DNA from: an uncultured Eubacteriales bacterium
GTDB taxonomy: Bacteria > Bacillota > Clostridia > Lachnospirales > Lachnospiraceae
Length of the DNA stretch: 64,000 bases
NCBI GenBank assembly: GCA_900545225.1
Contig: UQXZ01000005.1
Span: forward strand, 22,313-86,312
Direction: 5' to 3'
The number at the start of each line of letters is the position of its first letter. The first letter of the stretch is position 1. Below, piece by piece: positions 60,209 through 64,000 of this stretch. Below the pieces are notes generated by a model, which was not told the DNA's origin, made no database searches, and saw only the letters and a list, made by a program, of their open reading frames with translations. A program made the translations under genes and the position numbers.

Positions 60209-61014
60209 GAGGAATATTTGACACACACGCCCATTACGACGACAGAGCATTTGATGAGGACAGAGAAGAAATCCTTGCTCAATTAAAGGAGCAGGGATAT
60301 TCAGGAATAGTCGATATCGGTGCAAGCTTTGAATCGTGTAAAAAAGCTGTGGAGATTTCAAATACTCATGATATTGTTTACGCTACAGTGGGTATTCATC
60401 CTGACTGTATAGAAGATTTCTTCGAAGGCGAGAACAATAGAAATACATCCGGTAACAGAGTTATCGAAGAGATGTATAACATGATTAAAAATAATAAAAA
60501 GGTCGTTGCGGTGGGAGAAATAGGTCTCGACTATCACAATATGACATGTGAAAAGGATTTACAGGAAATATGGTTCAGAGCCCAGCTTGATATGGCTAAG
60601 GAATTATCAATGCCTGTAGTTATCCACTCCAGAGAAGCGGAGAGAGACACAGAAGTTATTCTGAGAGAATATTTAGGAAAGCTTCCTCCAAGTATTATGC
60701 ACTGTTATTCATATTCAAAGGAGAGTGCAAGGGAATTCGTTAAAATGGATTACTATTTAGGAATTGGCGGTGTTGTTACATTTAAGAATGCCAAAAAGCT
60801 TGTAGAGGCTGTTGAGGATACACCACTTTCAAAAATAGTTCTTGAAACAGACTGTCCATACCTCTCTCCTGAACCAAACAGAGGAAAGCGCAATTCTTCA
60901 CTTAATCTCCCATATATAGTTGAGAAGATTGCACAGATTAAAAATGTTGACCCAGAGGAAGTAATAGAAGTAACAACTTCAAATGCAAAGGAATTATATG
61001 GCATACCTATCTAA
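60205..61014 (+). CDS. tatD: TatD-family metal-dependent hydrolase
   Basis: IFDTHAHY start, EIGLDY, HSR, and LETDCPYL motifs. ATGA overlap with metG. Confidence 0.85.
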   Translation: MRGIFDTHAHYDDRAFDEDREEILAQLKEQGYSGIVDIGASFESCKKAVEISNTHDIVYATVGIHPDCIEDFFEGENNRNTSGNRVIEEMYNMIKNNKKVVAVGEIGLDYHNMTCEKDLQEIWFRAQLDMAKELSMPVVIHSREAERDTEVILREYLGKLPPSIMHCYSYSKESAREFVKMDYYLGIGGVVTFKNAKKLVEAVEDTPLSKIVLETDCPYLSPEPNRGKRNSSLNLPYIVEKIAQIKNVDPEEVIEVTTSNAKELYGIPI

Positions 61015-61864
61015 CCCTACGGAAACTAAAGCTGTACTTGATATGTTTGGCTTTTCATTTGCCAAAAAGTATGGTCAGAACTTCCTTATAGACGGCAATA
61101 TAGTCAGTAATATTGTAAAAAATGCCGGAATTACAAAGGAAGATACGGTACTTGAGATTGGTCCTGGTATAGGAACAATGACACAGGTACTTTGTGAACA
61201 GGCAAAAAATGTAATAGCAGTTGAGATTGATAAGAGACTTATTGATGTTCTTACATTCACACTCAGAGATTATGACAATGTTACTGTTATTAACAGCGAC
61301 ATTTTAAAGTGTAATATCGAGGAACTCTGTAAGCAGTATTCATCAAACGGCCGCTTAAAGGTTGTAGCCAACCTGCCTTATTACATTACAACACCAATCA
61401 TAATGGAATTACTTGAGAAGAATAACAATTCAGTTATTGAGTCCATTACTGTCATGATCCAGAAGGAAGTGGCGGAGAGACTTGGAGCAGAGCCTGGTAA
61501 TAAAGACTATGGTGCAATAACACTGTCTATTAATTATTATTCAGATGCCAATATTGTTATGACTGTGCCTGCAAGCTGTTTTATGCCAAGACCAAATGTT
61601 GATTCTGCAGTTATAAGAATGGACATTTACGATAAGCCTCCTGTTGCAACTAAGGACGAGGTGAAAATGTTCAAGGTTATAAAGGCGGCATTTTCTCAGA
61701 GAAGAAAAACACTGGTTAACAGTGTAAGCAGTTCAACGGATATTGCAAAAGAAACTATTCTCAAATCTTTAAACGAAATGGGATTATCCGAAAGCGTAAG
61801 AGGAGAGACACTTTCATTGGAACAATTTGCAGAGCTGTCAGATAGAATTATCGAGAACAGTTGA
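60998..61864 (+). CDS. rsmA: 16S rRNA (adenine1518/1519-N6)-dimethyltransferase
   Basis: KKYGQNFLID and LEIGPGIGTMT SAM motifs. Start set to ATG 60998 (SD AAAGGA 5 nt upstream); the track start is 60983. Confidence 0.85.
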   Translation: MAYLSNPTETKAVLDMFGFSFAKKYGQNFLIDGNIVSNIVKNAGITKEDTVLEIGPGIGTMTQVLCEQAKNVIAVEIDKRLIDVLTFTLRDYDNVTVINSDILKCNIEELCKQYSSNGRLKVVANLPYYITTPIIMELLEKNNNSVIESITVMIQKEVAERLGAEPGNKDYGAITLSINYYSDANIVMTVPASCFMPRPNVDSAVIRMDIYDKPPVATKDEVKMFKVIKAAFSQRRKTLVNSVSSSTDIAKETILKSLNEMGLSESVRGETLSLEQFAELSDRIIENS

Positions 61865-61944
61865 TGTGATTTGACCATGATTATGAATATTGAAATGAGA
61901 TATAGTATAAGAATATTCATAATATATTAAGAAAGCGAGAAAAT

Positions 61945-62445
61945 ATGAAAAAATTTTTAGCTGTTTCAGTGGCGGCGGCAGGTATTGTATCAACAGTCTT
62001 TATGGGCGGGTGTGCAAAGTCACTATTTTATAAATTTGCAGTTGATATAGGCAGTGAGTGGACAGAGAATTCTACACCTATTATTGCACATATTACAGGT
62101 GATACTGATGTTTACTATGCCGTAGAACCTTCAAATATTGAGAATGGCGGACTTGAATTAGCAAGCGGTAAATACAATATTAGCTACATTAATCCTGTTA
62201 ACGAGGATGGCTCTACATACACTTTAAGAGACTCCGAAGTTAAAAAGGAAAATGATACAAGAACAATTCATTTGTCATCAGATTTTGTTGAAGCTAAGGA
62301 TGTTCCTTTAGAATATTTAGATAAAATCTATTCTGAAGTGGATGCAATTCCAACGGATAACAGCGGAATCTCAGAAGAGTACAAGAATGAAATAAAGGTT
62401 AAGCTTGAAAAAGTAATTAACGAAAAGAAAAATGCTACAGAATAA
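61945..62445 (+). CDS. hypothetical lipoprotein
   Basis: Signal peptide with a lipobox-like FMGGC. Confidence 0.55.
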   Translation: MKKFLAVSVAAAGIVSTVFMGGCAKSLFYKFAVDIGSEWTENSTPIIAHITGDTDVYYAVEPSNIENGGLELASGKYNISYINPVNEDGSTYTLRDSEVKKENDTRTIHLSSDFVEAKDVPLEYLDKIYSEVDAIPTDNSGISEEYKNEIKVKLEKVINEKKNATE

Positions 62446-62510
62446 TGTTCCGACTGACCGGAACATATATTGTTGGCATATACTGTTTATGTAATTTAAC
62501 TTATATAATA

Positions 62511-62567
62511 AAACGCTGTAAATGATGCACCCATGAGGAAATGTATCATTTGCAGCGCTTTTATTTT
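62511..62567 (+). terminator. rho-independent terminator
   Basis: CGCTGTAAATGATGCA/TGTATCATTTGCAGCG stem followed by TTTTATTTT. Confidence 0.6.
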
Positions 62568-62639
62568 GGCATTATGCTTACAATATATTTTAAATATATT
62601 ATACTATAGGACACAATATTTTGAATCGAGGAATATATA

Positions 62640-64000
62640 ATGGTACTTTCATGTCAGAATATCTCTAAATCATTTGGAGATAAGAAGATATTAGAAAATA
62701 TAAGCTTTAACATAGACGATACTGAAAAAGTAGCGATTATCGGTATAAACGGAGCGGGAAAAAGTACACTTCTGAAGATTATTGCAAGAGAGTACGATGC
62801 TGACGAAGGCGTTGTTGCCGTTACTAAGGGTAAGAGAATAGGATATCTCTCCCAGGACAGTTTCGTAGACAGCGATAAGACAATCTACGATGAGCTTTTA
62901 TCAATAAAAAAGGATGTTATTGATCTTGAGCATGCACTAAGAGCCTGTGAAGAAGAAATGAAACATGCTGAAGGTGCAGAGCTTCAGAAGCTGATGGACA
63001 GATATACCAATCTTACTCATCAGTTTGAACAGAATGACGGATATACATATGTAAGTTCAATTAAGGGAACTCTTTACGGTTTAGGATTCGATGATGAAGA
63101 TTTTAACAGACCTATAAGTACTCTTTCAGGAGGTCAGAAGACAAGAGTGGCTCTGGCCAGATTACTTCTTATTAAGCCTGACTTAATAATCCTGGATGAG
63201 CCTACAAACCACCTTGATATAAAGTCCGTCGACCATCTTGTAAACTACCTTATCAGCTTTAACGGAGCTACACTTGTAGTTTCCCATGACAGATTTTTCT
63301 TAGACCAGATTACTAATAAAGTAATTGAAATAGAAAATGGAAAAGCTATTTCATTTTCAGGCAATTATACCGAGTACTCAAAGAAAAAGAAGCAGATGCG
63401 ACAGGCTCAGATGAATGCATATCTCAACAACCAGAGAGAGATAGAGCATCAGAAGGAAGTTATAGATAAGCTTAAGCAGTTTAACAGAGAAAAAAGTATT
63501 AAGAGAGCTGAGAGCAGGGAAAAGGTTCTTGAGAAAATGGATAAGGTTGAAAAACCTGAGGAGCTCAATGCGGATATGAGACTTACACTTACTCCGAGAG
63601 TGATGAGTGGTAATGATGTTCTTACAATAAAAGAGCTTTCAAAGTCATTTGATGACGATGTACTCTTTTCCGATGTAGATATTGAGATTAAGCGTGGAGA
63701 ACACGTTGCCATTATCGGTGCAAATGGTACAGGTAAGACAACTCTTCTTAAGATAATTAGAGGACTTGAGTCATATAACAGCGGAGATGTTAAGCTGGGA
63801 AGTAAGGTTGAGATAGGATATTACGATCAGGAACATCAGATACTTCACAGCGAAAAAACACTTTTTGAGGAAATTTCTGACGAATATCCTGAACTTAATA
63901 ATACTGAAATAAGAAATACCCTGGCGGCATTTTTATTTACAGGGGATGATGTGTTTAAGCGCATAGGAGACTTAAGTGGTGGCGAGAGAGGCCGTGTTTC
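62640..64000 (+). CDS. ABC-F family ATPase, 5' part (runs off the window)
   Basis: Absent from the ORF track because there is no stop in the window. MVLSCQNISKSFGDKKIL, Walker A GINGAGKST, LSGGQKTRVALA, a linker, then a second Walker A GANGTGKTT. No TM domain. Confidence 0.85.
   Translation, partial: MVLSCQNISKSFGDKKILENISFNIDDTEKVAIIGINGAGKSTLLKIIAREYDADEGVVAVTKGKRIGYLSQDSFVDSDKTIYDELLSIKKDVIDLEHALRACEEEMKHAEGAELQKLMDRYTNLTHQFEQNDGYTYVSSIKGTLYGLGFDDEDFNRPISTLSGGQKTRVALARLLLIKPDLIILDEPTNHLDIKSVDHLVNYLISFNGATLVVSHDRFFLDQITNKVIEIENGKAISFSGNYTEYSKKKKQMRQAQMNAYLNNQREIEHQKEVIDKLKQFNREKSIKRAESREKVLEKMDKVEKPEELNADMRLTLTPRVMSGNDVLTIKELSKSFDDDVLFSDVDIEIKRGEHVAIIGANGTGKTTLLKIIRGLESYNSGDVKLGSKVEIGYYDQEHQILHSEKTLFEEISDEYPELNNTEIRNTLAAFLFTGDDVFKRIGDLSGGERGRV

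Overview
AT-rich, low-GC Firmicutes-type chromosome, most likely Clostridia given the SCIFF locus, the GerW/YtfI sporulation genes and strong GGAGG Shine-Dalgarno sites. I call about 61 protein genes and 2 tRNA genes; all but five (FNT transporter, CLC, CYTH, HU, gdhA) lie on the + strand. Order: glpK 3' end; sbcD plus an unusually short sbcC-like ATPase; F-type ATP synthase operon (atpB-E-F-[delta-CTD::alpha]-G-D-C, no separate atpH); mscS; ireB-ruvX-DUF1292-RNase J; O-methyltransferase plus U32 peptidase (yrrM/yrrO-like); aminopeptidase P; Fe-ADH; LarC-N-like; FNT transporter; aminotransferase; DAG kinase; two monocistronic tRNA-Leu genes; SCIFF ranthipeptide precursor plus radical-SAM maturase; recJ; CYTH-CLC; HU; Rex-like; nnr; alr; corC-like; ilvN-ilvC; mecA; LD-carboxypeptidase; zapA, long U32, FtsW/RodA, PBP2; ytfI/ytfJ-like sporulation genes; clpX; gdhA; LCP; folC; Zn-ribbon/TPR protein; yigZ; a small-ORF/DUF5685/J-domain module; metG-tatD-rsmA; a lipoprotein; ABC-F 5' part. 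I saw no transposase, integrase, CRISPR array, rRNA or recognisable defence island, so this looks like core chromosome and I cannot point to a clear-cut new multi-gene system. The best second-look candidates are: (1) the delta-C-terminal-domain::alpha ATP synthase fusion; (2) the small-ORF/DUF5685/J-domain module; (3) a GC-rich, frame-broken signal-peptide mini-gene upstream of mecA; (4) the hairpin array or coupled Cys-containing 57-codon ORF right after the SCIFF maturase; (5) the hook-less mini SbcC; (6) tRNA-Leu with anticodon AAG; (7) a CLC-F-like channel lacking the gating Glu and coupled to a CYTH gene; (8) two tandem-duplication scars that remodel gene 3' ends (alr, folC). All homology calls come from motif recognition by eye, with no searches run.
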